A stretch of DNA of 64,000 nt from a virus. The stretch covers positions 1-64,000 of IMG/VR virus record IMGVR_UViG_3300047562_003246; one strand, given 5' to 3'. The notes below the pieces were generated by a model that was not told the origin of the DNA, did no database searches, and saw only the letters and a list, made by a program, of their open reading frames with translations. Within the stretch, counting starts at the first letter, position 1. Every line of letters begins with the position of its first letter. The position numbers and the translations under genes were made by a program. Below are positions 27,214 through 35,586 of the stretch, piece by piece.

Positions 27214-27708
27214 ATGGTCTCGTCGGATGAATTGGTCAGATATCTTCGAAGAATCGATTACAAGATATTCGTTGATAAGTTTTCAGGTCAAATAAGATCT
27301 CTAGCAGACAAGACGGGCCATATTCAGTATCATCCTCCGAAAAACGATCACCGGTTCTACTACCGTAAAGGTAGATGGATGCGAGGTGACCAGTTACTCA
27401 CTCCCTCGGGAACTCTGGTAGGTACAGCGTTGAGCAACAGTTTTCCAGAATGGAAGGTGTTGCTCGACGTGCTAGATAAAGAGTATCCGATAGAATTCAA
27501 AGAACTTTGCTCTCAGGTGTTACCGATAGACGTACCTGATGTAAAAGAGTCTAGAAGAGAATTTAGAAGGTTCCTGGAATGGGGTAGCGCTATAGAGTTG
27601 TATTCAATGGAGTACACTTTTAAAAGAGCAGTCAGAGAAGCTGACAAATACGTTGATGAGCTGCGACGAGAACAGAAAAAACTAAGGAAGCGGAAGCGTG
27701 AAAAGTAG
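27214..27708 (+). CDS. hypothetical protein
   Basis: AGGA RBS; 164 aa. Confidence 0.65.
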   Translation: MVSSDELVRYLRRIDYKIFVDKFSGQIRSLADKTGHIQYHPPKNDHRFYYRKGRWMRGDQLLTPSGTLVGTALSNSFPEWKVLLDVLDKEYPIEFKELCSQVLPIDVPDVKESRREFRRFLEWGSAIELYSMEYTFKRAVREADKYVDELRREQKKLRKRKREK

Positions 27709-28069
27709 TCGGCTAGATAGGCTGATATTGGCAATCAAGCTACTAATAAAAAAATGCTTACCGTCTGCGGTCGAGGATCGCTTTGACTGGTTCTATATGC
27801 AGTACGGGCTCTCTGATGCTCAGATACTTGAGCTAAAAAGTAAGTTTGGCGAGGAAATGATCCCCGAGGAAAAGCTAGGGAGATATCTCGCCATCAAGAC
27901 TGACAAGCAAGTCGTTATGCGATTTATTAAGCCCACCTCTTCGCTGGTTGTGAGCGTCGGCGACAACGTCAGAGTAGGTAGTTCGACGTACTTAAACGTA
28001 GCTAATCAGTCGTTTACTTGGTTGTTTCGTAGGACCGAATGCGGTTTAGTGCTGCTCGAAGTTGCCTGA
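27698..28069 (+). CDS. hypothetical protein
   Basis: 11-nt overlap with upstream gene. Confidence 0.6.
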   Translation: MKSSRLDRLILAIKLLIKKCLPSAVEDRFDWFYMQYGLSDAQILELKSKFGEEMIPEEKLGRYLAIKTDKQVVMRFIKPTSSLVVSVGDNVRVGSSTYLNVANQSFTWLFRRTECGLVLLEVA

Positions 28070-28084
28070 ATAAACACACTAATC

Positions 28085-28098
28085 GCGCAGGATCCTAC
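28085..28098 (+). repeat. dispersed 14-bp motif, copy 6 (intergenic)
   Basis: exact match 15 bp after stop. Confidence 0.95.
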
Positions 28099-28229
28099 AC
28101 TTTTTGACGAACTTTTCTGCAAAAAGTTTGTCTATCGATAAGTTTTCAGTTGCTTTGCAGGCGATTTGGCTTAATAATTGCCAACAACTCGCAACCGGTC
28201 TGTTTATTTCGAGTTAAAGGAGCTAATCC

Positions 28230-28553
28230 ATGAGTGCACGGACATATAAGCTGATTGAACAATATCGCAATGCTTTGGACATTTTGTGTCTCTACACAGA
28301 ACACGGCTCACTTGAGTCGTCTGAATTGACATTGAGCAGCGCGGAAGCTGAGATGACAGAGGCGGCGAGTGAACTGGTCGATTCAAAATCAGAGGTGCTA
28401 GCCTGTGTCGCCTACGGTGATCTCAAGGGCATGCAGGTTTACGGGCATGTCCATGAGTTCCGCGACGACCTAGTGATTCTGTCCGTTCAAGGCGAGCTGA
28501 TCGAGTGTACAGTCGCATCGCTAACGTCAGTAGATTTGCTTGTGGCTTGCTAG
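28230..28553 (+). CDS. hypothetical protein
   Basis: AAGGAG RBS. Confidence 0.75.
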   Translation: MSARTYKLIEQYRNALDILCLYTEHGSLESSELTLSSAEAEMTEAASELVDSKSEVLACVAYGDLKGMQVYGHVHEFRDDLVILSVQGELIECTVASLTSVDLLVAC

Positions 28554-28581
28554 TGCGAAGTCGCACACACTGTCCTCTAAG

Positions 28582-28615
28582 AAAAGCGAAGGGTAACACC
28601 TTCGCTTTTTTTTTT
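28582..28615 (+). terminator. intrinsic terminator
   Basis: AAAAGCGAAGG/CCTTCGCTTTT stem plus T10. Confidence 0.85.
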
Positions 28616-28696
28616 GATATCACTTGTATCTTGACTTTGTGACAAAATGGTAATCTAGCTGAGTTACGGCTAAACTCTTACCTTCAAGGTCTTATT

Positions 28697-29023
28697 ATGG
28701 CGGATGCACTTCCGAGCAGTTTTGTGTTTGCAAAAAATCAAGTCAAGGAAGACGAGAAAAATAAGCAGCAATCAAGTTGCAGTGTTATTTCAACCGCTAG
28801 ACAGGAGCTTCGTAACGAAGTCAATCGCATATCTACAGAGATTGAACACGTTCAGGATCAGATTACCCACTGTAATCAAGTGATAGATACGATAGACGAA
28901 CAGGTTCACATGACAATGCACAGGAGGAACAAGACTTTTAGTCGTAGATTATCTCGTTTTTTCGTTGATCTAGGTTTTTTATTAGGTTTGAGTAACTCGA
29001 AATATGGCCAAGAAGAAAAATAA
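28697..29023 (+). CDS. coiled-coil hypothetical protein
   Basis: 108 aa. Confidence 0.65.
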   Translation: MADALPSSFVFAKNQVKEDEKNKQQSSCSVISTARQELRNEVNRISTEIEHVQDQITHCNQVIDTIDEQVHMTMHRRNKTFSRRLSRFFVDLGFLLGLSNSKYGQEEK

Positions 29024-29363
29024 GTTTGGAGCGACCGAAGAAGTGGTCACTACTAAAAAAACAAGAAGTAAGAGCGGTGACAAAAAACTAGCGTTAAAAG
29101 AGGATTGGAAAACAGTTATCAATGAAGCGCTCGGGATGAACTTCAAAGGTTCTTCAAGATGTTGCCGTAGTGTATTCTTTGTAAGAGAAGACTCTACGAA
29201 GAAAATAAAAACAGCGGTCAGCGAGATGGTTAAGGTTGGTTTACTCGTCGAGTCGCACGTTAATGAAGAGATGCAATACTCGCAGTATAGAATTACCGTT
29301 AAAGCCTGCGATGCGATAGGCTTACCTACGAATCTAAGAGTAAGGGCTGGTGTTTGTCGCTAA
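29004..29363 (+). CDS. basic hypothetical protein
   Basis: 119 aa, overlaps both neighbours. Confidence 0.65.
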   Translation: MAKKKNKFGATEEVVTTKKTRSKSGDKKLALKEDWKTVINEALGMNFKGSSRCCRSVFFVREDSTKKIKTAVSEMVKVGLLVESHVNEEMQYSQYRITVKACDAIGLPTNLRVRAGVCR

Positions 29364-30049
29364 CACACAGACAAAAACGTCAGATTATCTTCGATAGCAA
29401 ATTGTTAGTTGTTGTCGGAGACTTGCTGACGGACGAATATTTCCATACATACAACAATGATTCGTTTTTCAGGAACTTCTTTCCTAACAGTAAAAAGCTG
29501 TTTAAGTATTTATCTCACAGACGAAACAACTGGGTTACCAAGGCTGTAAACAAGTTACCTACACTGCGAACAAATAAGACAACGATTTGGTCGCAGAATG
29601 TCGACGGGATGTACGCTCCGGACGGCGATGCTATCTTTAGCGAAGTTTATGGTAATTTCCGCAGGTACAAGTTTTGGTTATCTTCTAGACTTAATTATCT
29701 GGGTTCAAACCAGTTTAAAAAAGGTTGTCTCAGCATTTCTAGGGCTACGAATATATCGCAGCTCTTTTACCGACTGGGTACTATGTATCGCTGGAGGCTT
29801 CCAGATATAGCACTACCGTCGCAGTCTATTAAACTCGACCAGTTTGATCTGACTTTTGCTTGTCAAGAATACGACGCTGTGATGCTGGTTGGCGCTAACG
29901 TAAACGAGAAATGGCTCGATGAACTGCTGTGGAGCTTCACCATCGCACGCAAGCCAATATTGATGTTTATGGACTATGCGTTTGATCTGGACGATGTTAT
30001 ATACTGGAAAAGTAGTGTTTCGACACTTTCTAGATTCATAACAGCTTAG
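29354..30049 (+). CDS. degenerate Sir2-like protein
   Basis: SQNVDG, EVYGNF (His replaced), MLVGAN; GAGxS NAD loop replaced by VGDLL. Confidence 0.55.
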   Translation: MSLTHRQKRQIIFDSKLLVVVGDLLTDEYFHTYNNDSFFRNFFPNSKKLFKYLSHRRNNWVTKAVNKLPTLRTNKTTIWSQNVDGMYAPDGDAIFSEVYGNFRRYKFWLSSRLNYLGSNQFKKGCLSISRATNISQLFYRLGTMYRWRLPDIALPSQSIKLDQFDLTFACQEYDAVMLVGANVNEKWLDELLWSFTIARKPILMFMDYAFDLDDVIYWKSSVSTLSRFITA

Positions 30050-30059
30050 CGGTTCTACG

Positions 30060-30494
30060 ATGAAAAAAGGTACATGTGTCCATTTTTGCGGCAATAAGTC
30101 TACGCAGTGCAAGATCGGAATTAGTTACGAGAAAGCAAAACAGAAATCAGACGGAAAGTTGCCGTGTATTCGCAAAAAGCTTCGGATTATCCATACGGGC
30201 GATAACTCGATTGAGAGATGGGTTACGGTCGATCACGGTAGCTGTGAACATTACCAAGAGCCAGCGGTTGAGCAAATAGATAACCAAGCTCGAACCGACA
30301 AACTTAAAATAGAAATGACAAAACGCTTACAGGCGTTCATGCGGGAACTTCGAAAAGAAGTTGTTGAAGGAGGATGCCACCGGATACAACCGTGTGATGT
30401 CTGTAAGAATAAAATAGACGTGATCATGGATAGATTTACCGGGAAAATTCAGGCTAAGTGCCGAACGAAGAATTGCGTATTAACCGTGCTTTAG
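30060..30494 (+). CDS. Cys-rich Zn-binding phage protein
   Basis: CVHFCG...C...LPC...CEHY...CDVC...CRTKNC. Confidence 0.65.
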   Translation: MKKGTCVHFCGNKSTQCKIGISYEKAKQKSDGKLPCIRKKLRIIHTGDNSIERWVTVDHGSCEHYQEPAVEQIDNQARTDKLKIEMTKRLQAFMRELRKEVVEGGCHRIQPCDVCKNKIDVIMDRFTGKIQAKCRTKNCVLTVL

Positions 30495-30503
30495 GGTTTT
30501 GTT

Positions 30504-30824
30504 ATGTCTACCGATACAGACAAACCATATTGTGATTGTAAATACACTGCGAATGTGTCTTCTAGATTTGTGCAGCGAATACTGACAGCTGTCTACGCTG
30601 TCCTTACTTGGTTAGCGATAAGACCATGCCAGGTAGGCTTGGCTAGGTGGCGAAAAGTTTCCGTTGTACATGAGCACGTAAAACCAACAATCGTTGATAA
30701 TTCTTTGCAGCGATTCAATGAATCGAACAAAGAAACAGAAGTGACTTTTGAGCAGATATTTTGCAGCCGCTGCGGTATTGTCGAATGTCGCAACATGCAG
30801 ATTGGTCAAAAAACACCAACTTGA
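30504..30824 (+). CDS. hypothetical protein
   Basis: CxC...CSRCG; 106 aa. Confidence 0.55.
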   Translation: MSTDTDKPYCDCKYTANVSSRFVQRILTAVYAVLTWLAIRPCQVGLARWRKVSVVHEHVKPTIVDNSLQRFNESNKETEVTFEQIFCSRCGIVECRNMQIGQKTPT

Positions 30825-30848
30825 CGTGTGCTACTTTGTCGCTAGCAT
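30821..30848 (+). promoter_or_regulatory. weak sigma70-like promoter candidate
   Basis: TTGACG-16 nt-TAGCAT. Confidence 0.3.
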
Positions 30849-30856
30849 ATGGTTTG

Positions 30857-30885
30857 AACCTGACTTTTTAGTCAGGTTTTTTTTT
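30857..30885 (+). terminator. intrinsic terminator
   Basis: AACCTGACT/AGTCAGGTT stem plus T9. Confidence 0.8.
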
Positions 30886-30909
30886 ACTAGTTACTTGAGA
30901 TGAATTGAG

Positions 30910-31665
30910 ATGAATCAACCTATCGAACCTACCGCAAAACAAACACTCAATGTTGAGCAAAAGCATTTTGAGCTATTTGAGCGATCTATTGCGAAAGTAA
31001 TTCAGGGAGCTGAGTCTTTCGACAAGTACGTCAGCTCGAAAAAAGGCGGCTCCAGCTTTCCAATGGGCGACGACGACGATGAAGAAGGCTACGAGCAAGG
31101 TTACGAAAGCTGGGAGGCAGTCAAGCAAGATGGGAACTTCAACAAGCTTGCGTTCTGCTTACATAACAGCATGCGATTGTTTATCGCGACCAGAGAACTT
31201 GTGCGGCAGGAAGGGTTAGCTGACTTTTCTATCAATCAGCCACAGGTACAAGAAGGGCCTCGCATGATGCCTATGCTTGTTGGGTCGATGCGAGTACCTG
31301 GACAACCTGCAGAAGGACCCGAGCAAGCCGCTGAGCAGTGTAACTGCCCGGTATGCGTAGTTAATCGCCATCGCGCAGCACAACACGGAATGACTCCGTT
31401 TGAAGCGATACCCGAAGCATCTGCGTTTATGGACGATAAAGACCAACCGCCTCAAGTGCACGCAGCTACAAATATGCTGTTTTCTACGGCGAGTTACGCT
31501 TTATCTTTGGTTTCGCAGGAACAACTCGACAAGATTTGGGGTAGGGTTAAAGAGCTGATTTTTGAGCATTCACAGTTGCAGCGAGCACAACTGGAGCCAG
31601 TCGAGCAAACTGCGCAGGATCCTACGCAGATAAAAGCTACGAAGATTTTCACAAAGCTTGCTTAA
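30910..31665 (+). CDS. hypothetical protein
   Basis: 251 aa. Confidence 0.7.
   Translation: MNQPIEPTAKQTLNVEQKHFELFERSIAKVIQGAESFDKYVSSKKGGSSFPMGDDDDEEGYEQGYESWEAVKQDGNFNKLAFCLHNSMRLFIATRELVRQEGLADFSINQPQVQEGPRMMPMLVGSMRVPGQPAEGPEQAAEQCNCPVCVVNRHRAAQHGMTPFEAIPEASAFMDDKDQPPQVHAATNMLFSTASYALSLVSQEQLDKIWGRVKELIFEHSQLQRAQLEPVEQTAQDPTQIKATKIFTKLA
31612..31625 (+). repeat. dispersed 14-bp motif, copy 7 (coding, reads AQDPT)
   Basis: exact match. Confidence 0.95.
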
Positions 31666-32056
31666 TACGATGACATCTAAAAAAATTCGTGTGAGGTATT
31701 CGCCTTGCAGTAGTTGTCCTTTTGTAAAGGACAGGCCGACTGCCGTTAGGTATCTGTCTGCAGATCGCACAGAAGAGATATCTGAAACTTTGCTTAGCGG
31801 CAATGGTTTTACTTGTCATAAAGACAACGATATTGATCTTGGTCGACGTGCTCAGTGTGCTGGAGCGATGCTTATTTTGCGCAAGTTACAGAGACCAAAT
31901 ATCGCGATGCTGCTGCTCAGATTTTTAGGGTTACTAGATTTCGATAAACTAAGAGGTGCCGAATCTGTTTTCGATAATTTCGAACAATGGAAGGAAGCAC
32001 AACAGAAATCTATTGAGAGCTTAAAGCATGATACTAGTGGGCCTGAACGGATTTGA
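31658..32056 (+). CDS. Cys-rich DUF6283-like protein (paralog 2)
   Basis: SPCSSCPF...FTCH...QCAGA. Confidence 0.6.
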   Translation: MLNTMTSKKIRVRYSPCSSCPFVKDRPTAVRYLSADRTEEISETLLSGNGFTCHKDNDIDLGRRAQCAGAMLILRKLQRPNIAMLLLRFLGLLDFDKLRGAESVFDNFEQWKEAQQKSIESLKHDTSGPERI

Positions 32057-32573
32057 TTGGTTCCCGTTTTTAATTTCCGGCGATATCAGTCGGTATTTTT
32101 CTAAAGAGAATACTGCGTTTCCATATCGCCGGAACTGGAAAAGAAAACACATTGGCTGGGTAATATCTCGGATACCGGCCAAGGAGACTTATTTGCTCGC
32201 TGGGTTTTCAGATGGAGGCACTTTAGCTCATGAAGTTGCCAGCATCGATCTTCGCTGCAAAGGTCTGATAGTGCACAGTGGTATGTTCCGCGAGCAGACA
32301 ATGCAGTGGCCGAGGAACATACCTATCTTGCTTTTGACAACGAAGGGCGACAAAACACCAACAGTGAGAGAAACGAAAAAGGCACACGATTGGTATGCTA
32401 AGCGGGTACAGGATAGCCTGTATTTTCCTGACGGGCCACTAGAATTGCCCGTTAAGGAAAATAACTTTTTGAAACACGAATTCGGTAATGGCTTAGAGGT
32501 CATGACTAAGTTCGCCAAAGATACCCTGAATTTTGATTTGCCGATAAAACAACATGCCGAACGAACGAGATAA
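32028..32573 (+). CDS. alpha/beta-hydrolase (esterase-like)
   Basis: LAGFSDGG nucleophile elbow, GDKT, KHEF. Confidence 0.7.
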   Translation: MILVGLNGFDWFPFLISGDISRYFSKENTAFPYRRNWKRKHIGWVISRIPAKETYLLAGFSDGGTLAHEVASIDLRCKGLIVHSGMFREQTMQWPRNIPILLLTTKGDKTPTVRETKKAHDWYAKRVQDSLYFPDGPLELPVKENNFLKHEFGNGLEVMTKFAKDTLNFDLPIKQHAERTR

Positions 32574-32751
32574 TCAGGACGCCTTACTCGATAGGCTTTG
32601 CGAGATTTCAGTCGATAGTACTGCCCATATGTCCGACGATGAACGATGGGATTTCTACAAGAAGATGCTTAATCGACTCGACGAAGACGGTTCATCTGTT
32701 GATGGCGATTACTATCAAGCTGCTGTAGAGTTGATTCGAGAAATCGGTTAG
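32554..32751 (+). CDS. small acidic protein
   Basis: 65 aa, overlaps upstream gene. Confidence 0.55.
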   Translation: MPNERDNQDALLDRLCEISVDSTAHMSDDERWDFYKKMLNRLDEDGSSVDGDYYQAAVELIREIG

Positions 32752-32835
32752 TTTTGGCTATCTTAAAAAGAAGTCAGTAAACCGCAAATAATATTTGCGG
32801 CGTTTTCTTCTTATTACCATCGGGAGAATAAGCCG

Positions 32836-33162
32836 ATGAGTGAGTGTGACGAGCGATGGCTAGAAAATCTTCCAGAGGGAAGCTTAGTCATAACGTTTCC
32901 GGCCCGTCTACCTACGTTGAACTCGATCTTACACATGAGCAGATCGAGATACTCAAAGGTAAAAAGATTAACAACAAGGTTAATGTTGTTATCGTTAGTT
33001 ACCGACACGAACGAGCCGACGCAGACGGACCTTGCGCAAAAGCATTACTCGATAGTCTCGTACGTCTCGGAGTACTGCCAGATGATAGCCAGGATTGGAT
33101 CGAAGAAATCATCCACGTATCCAAAGAAGTCGAAAAGAAAAAGCCGGAAAAAACGATACTAG
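32836..33162 (+). CDS. overlapping ORF carrying an LPxLN RusA-like N-terminal motif
   Basis: GGAG RBS; VITFPARLPTLNSILHMSRSRYSKVKR; basic tail. Confidence 0.45.
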   Translation: MSECDERWLENLPEGSLVITFPARLPTLNSILHMSRSRYSKVKRLTTRLMLLSLVTDTNEPTQTDLAQKHYSIVSYVSEYCQMIARIGSKKSSTYPKKSKRKSRKKRY

Positions 33163-33242
33163 TTTTTTTACCTGCAGATTCGTTTAGTGTCAAAAGGCAA
33201 CTAGGTATTTCGCCTTCAGAAGAAAACGAGCCGCTTGATTAA
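32856..33242 (+). CDS. rusA: RusA-like Holliday junction resolvase catalytic region
   Basis: DADGPCAKALLDSLVRLGVLPDDS matches DxD..K...D.L...G.L.DD. Confidence 0.7.
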   Translation: MARKSSRGKLSHNVSGPSTYVELDLTHEQIEILKGKKINNKVNVVIVSYRHERADADGPCAKALLDSLVRLGVLPDDSQDWIEEIIHVSKEVEKKKPEKTILVFLPADSFSVKRQLGISPSEENEPLD

Positions 33243-33276
33243 ACCAAGCTAGTTTGTTACAAGTGAATTTAATGAC

Positions 33277-33310
33277 AAGAAGCTGGGACGCTCCTGGCTT
33301 CTTTTTTTTT
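33277..33310 (+). terminator. intrinsic terminator
   Basis: AAGAAGCTGGGA/TCCTGGCTTCTT stem plus T9. Confidence 0.75.
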
Positions 33311-33327
33311 ACCCAAGATGATGAGTT

Positions 33328-33789
33328 ATGGCAGAAAAACAACACAAGAAACCGTGTCACGATTGTCCATTTACGACTAAAGCTGCACCAGGAGAGACCG
33401 GAGGATCTCATCCAGCTGTATACGTGATGCAAACAATTTTGCCTTACAGAATTCCGTGTCACTGTCGTATTGATTATTCGGATCCAAATTGGAAAAAGAA
33501 CGACAGTACGCCAGAATGCGTCGGGCACGCAATTATGCGAGTAAAGCAGGGCGTAGCCGATAAGATGCCAGAGGCGCTATTACGTATTGAGCCTTACGAA
33601 GGCGATCAAGTGTTTAATAACTTGATTGAAATGTTTTGTTATCACACAGGGAGTACTGAAGACGAGGCTAAGGCTTATCTAGAATTAGCCTTACCTCAAA
33701 TGATTATCGAGCAAACATCATCCGAGTCGTTTCGGATCATTGACCAGAACCTTTTAAATAAACTAGACGAAACAAATGACGAACTCTAA
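33328..33789 (+). CDS. Cys-rich DUF6283-like protein (paralog 3)
   Basis: KPCHDCPF...IPCH...ECVGH. Confidence 0.6.
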   Translation: MAEKQHKKPCHDCPFTTKAAPGETGGSHPAVYVMQTILPYRIPCHCRIDYSDPNWKKNDSTPECVGHAIMRVKQGVADKMPEALLRIEPYEGDQVFNNLIEMFCYHTGSTEDEAKAYLELALPQMIIEQTSSESFRIIDQNLLNKLDETNDEL

Positions 33790-34051
33790 TTCAAACAATG
33801 ATATTAAAAATATCACCATCGGCATCCTGATAGTCTGTGCTGTACTACTTGGCTTCAAAGTGTTTGAGCTTAGTACAGCTAGAGACGGTATGCATCATGT
33901 GATTGATCGGCAGCAGCAGGATCTGGAACGAGCCAACATGATGCTTGACATGGACGAGAACGAGAGATTGATTTTCGATCCAAGAGCTGACAATTGGTCG
34001 AACTTGCCAGTCAATCCTGAACTTGATCCAAGGTACATCAATAATAGATAA
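33776..34051 (+). CDS. membrane-anchored coiled-coil protein
   Basis: N-terminal TM helix. Confidence 0.65.
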   Translation: MTNSNSNNDIKNITIGILIVCAVLLGFKVFELSTARDGMHHVIDRQQQDLERANMMLDMDENERLIFDPRADNWSNLPVNPELDPRYINNR

Positions 34052-34077
34052 GTGAAAGCTTATTTGACTTGAAATTT

Positions 34078-34120
34078 AAAGCTTCCTGAATGATTTCAGG
34101 AAGCTTTTTTTTTTAGCTAT
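34078..34120 (+). terminator. intrinsic terminator followed by AGCTAT
   Basis: AAAGCTTCCTGAA/TTCAGGAAGCTTT 13-bp stem plus T10. Confidence 0.9.
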
Positions 34121-34255
34121 CAGTACCTAAATTTTTGCGTTTTTTGTGCCATATAAGTATAGATTGCAGTTAGCTATCTTTATTTAAGCGAAAATTAGTA
34201 ACTTTTTTTAAGGAGATGTTATGAAGAAGTAACAAACGATTCGCGCAGAGGACTT

Positions 34256-34316
34256 GAACCAGGAGTGTCGTAATTCACTTGTATGTTTGGCCACGTACAA
34301 ACGACACTCCTGGTTC
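34256..34316 (+). repeat. 16-bp perfect inverted repeat (long hairpin)
   Basis: GAACCAGGAGTGTCGT/ACGACACTCCTGGTTC with inner TGTATGT/ACGTACA stem. Confidence 0.8.
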
Positions 34317-34397
34317 TTTTATTAACTTTCAGCATGACTAAATCACTGTGATTTGGTGTGCTTTTTTTTTTACTAATTGAAGAAAAGAGAGTTGAAA

Positions 34398-34748
34398 ATG
34401 CAAAAGTTTAGATTACCGATTTTGCTGAGTATTTACTCAGTGCTATTGGTGTTGACAACCCAGCATAGCTGGGTTCATTACCTGTTAATCCTCGACATCG
34501 GCAGCATGTGGCTGCTGGTCAATGTTGTGCGAAAGTCAGTCGTATATCGTCCTGGGAATTTATTTCCCGTTGCACTGGCGTTAGGGACTAACGCGACAGT
34601 GTGCATGTTACCGGATACATGGATGTCGCTGATTTCGGTGGTACTAATTATCCACAGAATAATAACTCAAGTGTCATTGTGGTTATTATTATCTAACAAA
34701 CAGATATTAGAATTTACTGAGTTCGTAGTATCTCAGGAAGATAAGTAG
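34398..34748 (+). CDS. multi-TM membrane protein
   Basis: about four hydrophobic segments. Confidence 0.65.
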   Translation: MQKFRLPILLSIYSVLLVLTTQHSWVHYLLILDIGSMWLLVNVVRKSVVYRPGNLFPVALALGTNATVCMLPDTWMSLISVVLIIHRIITQVSLWLLLSNKQILEFTEFVVSQEDK

Positions 34749-34775
34749 GTTTTTTTTTTACCTCGAAAAAGGAGG

Positions 34776-35309
34776 GTGTTTATGTTTAAAGTTGACGACA
34801 TCCTCGCTGAGTACGAGGACAGCTACACAGTCGCCGGAGCGTATGGCGACTACGAAAAGCCTGGGTTCGATATGCAATCGGACCTAGAGCTTGTACAGCT
34901 AGCCAAAGAATGGCTAGCTATGGATGGTTATGCTGACGGACTTGTTGGCATTGATAACACAGCCAAATTAGTTTGGTTGTGTGAAGCGGTGAACTGGGCG
35001 GCAAAAGTCATACGCCCAGAATACTATCTATTGAAACCGCGAATTATCGACGCGGTTGCTAAGTTGCCTGGAGTGCAGTGTGGTTGGGGATATGACGCCT
35101 ATGACAATGGCGTCTTTTACTTGTACCACGTCGAAGCAGGCGTGGCAAGTTTCCATGATCCCGATCGCCAGCTATTTAGCAGTGGCGAATGGCCATACGA
35201 ATGGAGCGGTGTTCTTAGACAAGAACACGCTCTTGATGTCTGGGTAGGAAATGTAGATCTGGCTAAAGATCTGGCAAGAAGATCTCAACCAGGAATGATG
35301 GAATATTAG
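34776..35309 (+). CDS. hypothetical phage protein
   Basis: AAGGAGG RBS. Confidence 0.75.
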   Translation: MFMFKVDDILAEYEDSYTVAGAYGDYEKPGFDMQSDLELVQLAKEWLAMDGYADGLVGIDNTAKLVWLCEAVNWAAKVIRPEYYLLKPRIIDAVAKLPGVQCGWGYDAYDNGVFYLYHVEAGVASFHDPDRQLFSSGEWPYEWSGVLRQEHALDVWVGNVDLAKDLARRSQPGMMEY

Positions 35310-35358
35310 ATTTTTTTTTACTCTGCTGTCACACGTAGACGCGGGGTGTTTTTTTTTA

Positions 35359-35480
35359 GACACCGCTCGCCTGTTGGTTGGCGTGTGGTTTGTTGAGTCT
35401 ATGCAGCCCGACTATTAAAGGGTTCTGTGTATAGGCTTGCAGCAAACCTATCCACGTAGGTTCGATTCCTACCGGTGTCT
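35359..35480 (+). ncRNA. tRNA-like RNA with a long extended hairpin replacing the anticodon arm
   Basis: Acceptor GACACCG/CGGTGTC, D arm CGCC-TGTTGGTT-GGCG, canonical T arm GTAGG-TTCGATT-CCTAC; ~70-nt insert. Confidence 0.7.
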
Positions 35481-35586
35481 TTTTTAGGTTGCGTGACAGA
35501 CTTAATTTTCAAATTAAAACCGCGTACTTCAGGTTTCATAGTCCTGGGTGTCACTACGCATTCTTCGAGTTGGAGAACAAACTACT

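Noticed and set aside
18130-28082. AAACACACTAA at 18130 and 28072 as a phage promoter
   Set aside because: Only two copies of an AT-rich 11-mer; such pairs are expected by chance in 64 kb.
35359-35480. Calling the tRNA-like elements ordinary tRNAs, tmRNA or attP remnants
   Set aside because: No 5-bp stem/7-nt anticodon loop at the normal position; too short for tmRNA and no tag ORF; both 5' and 3' halves are present and pair, unlike att fragments.
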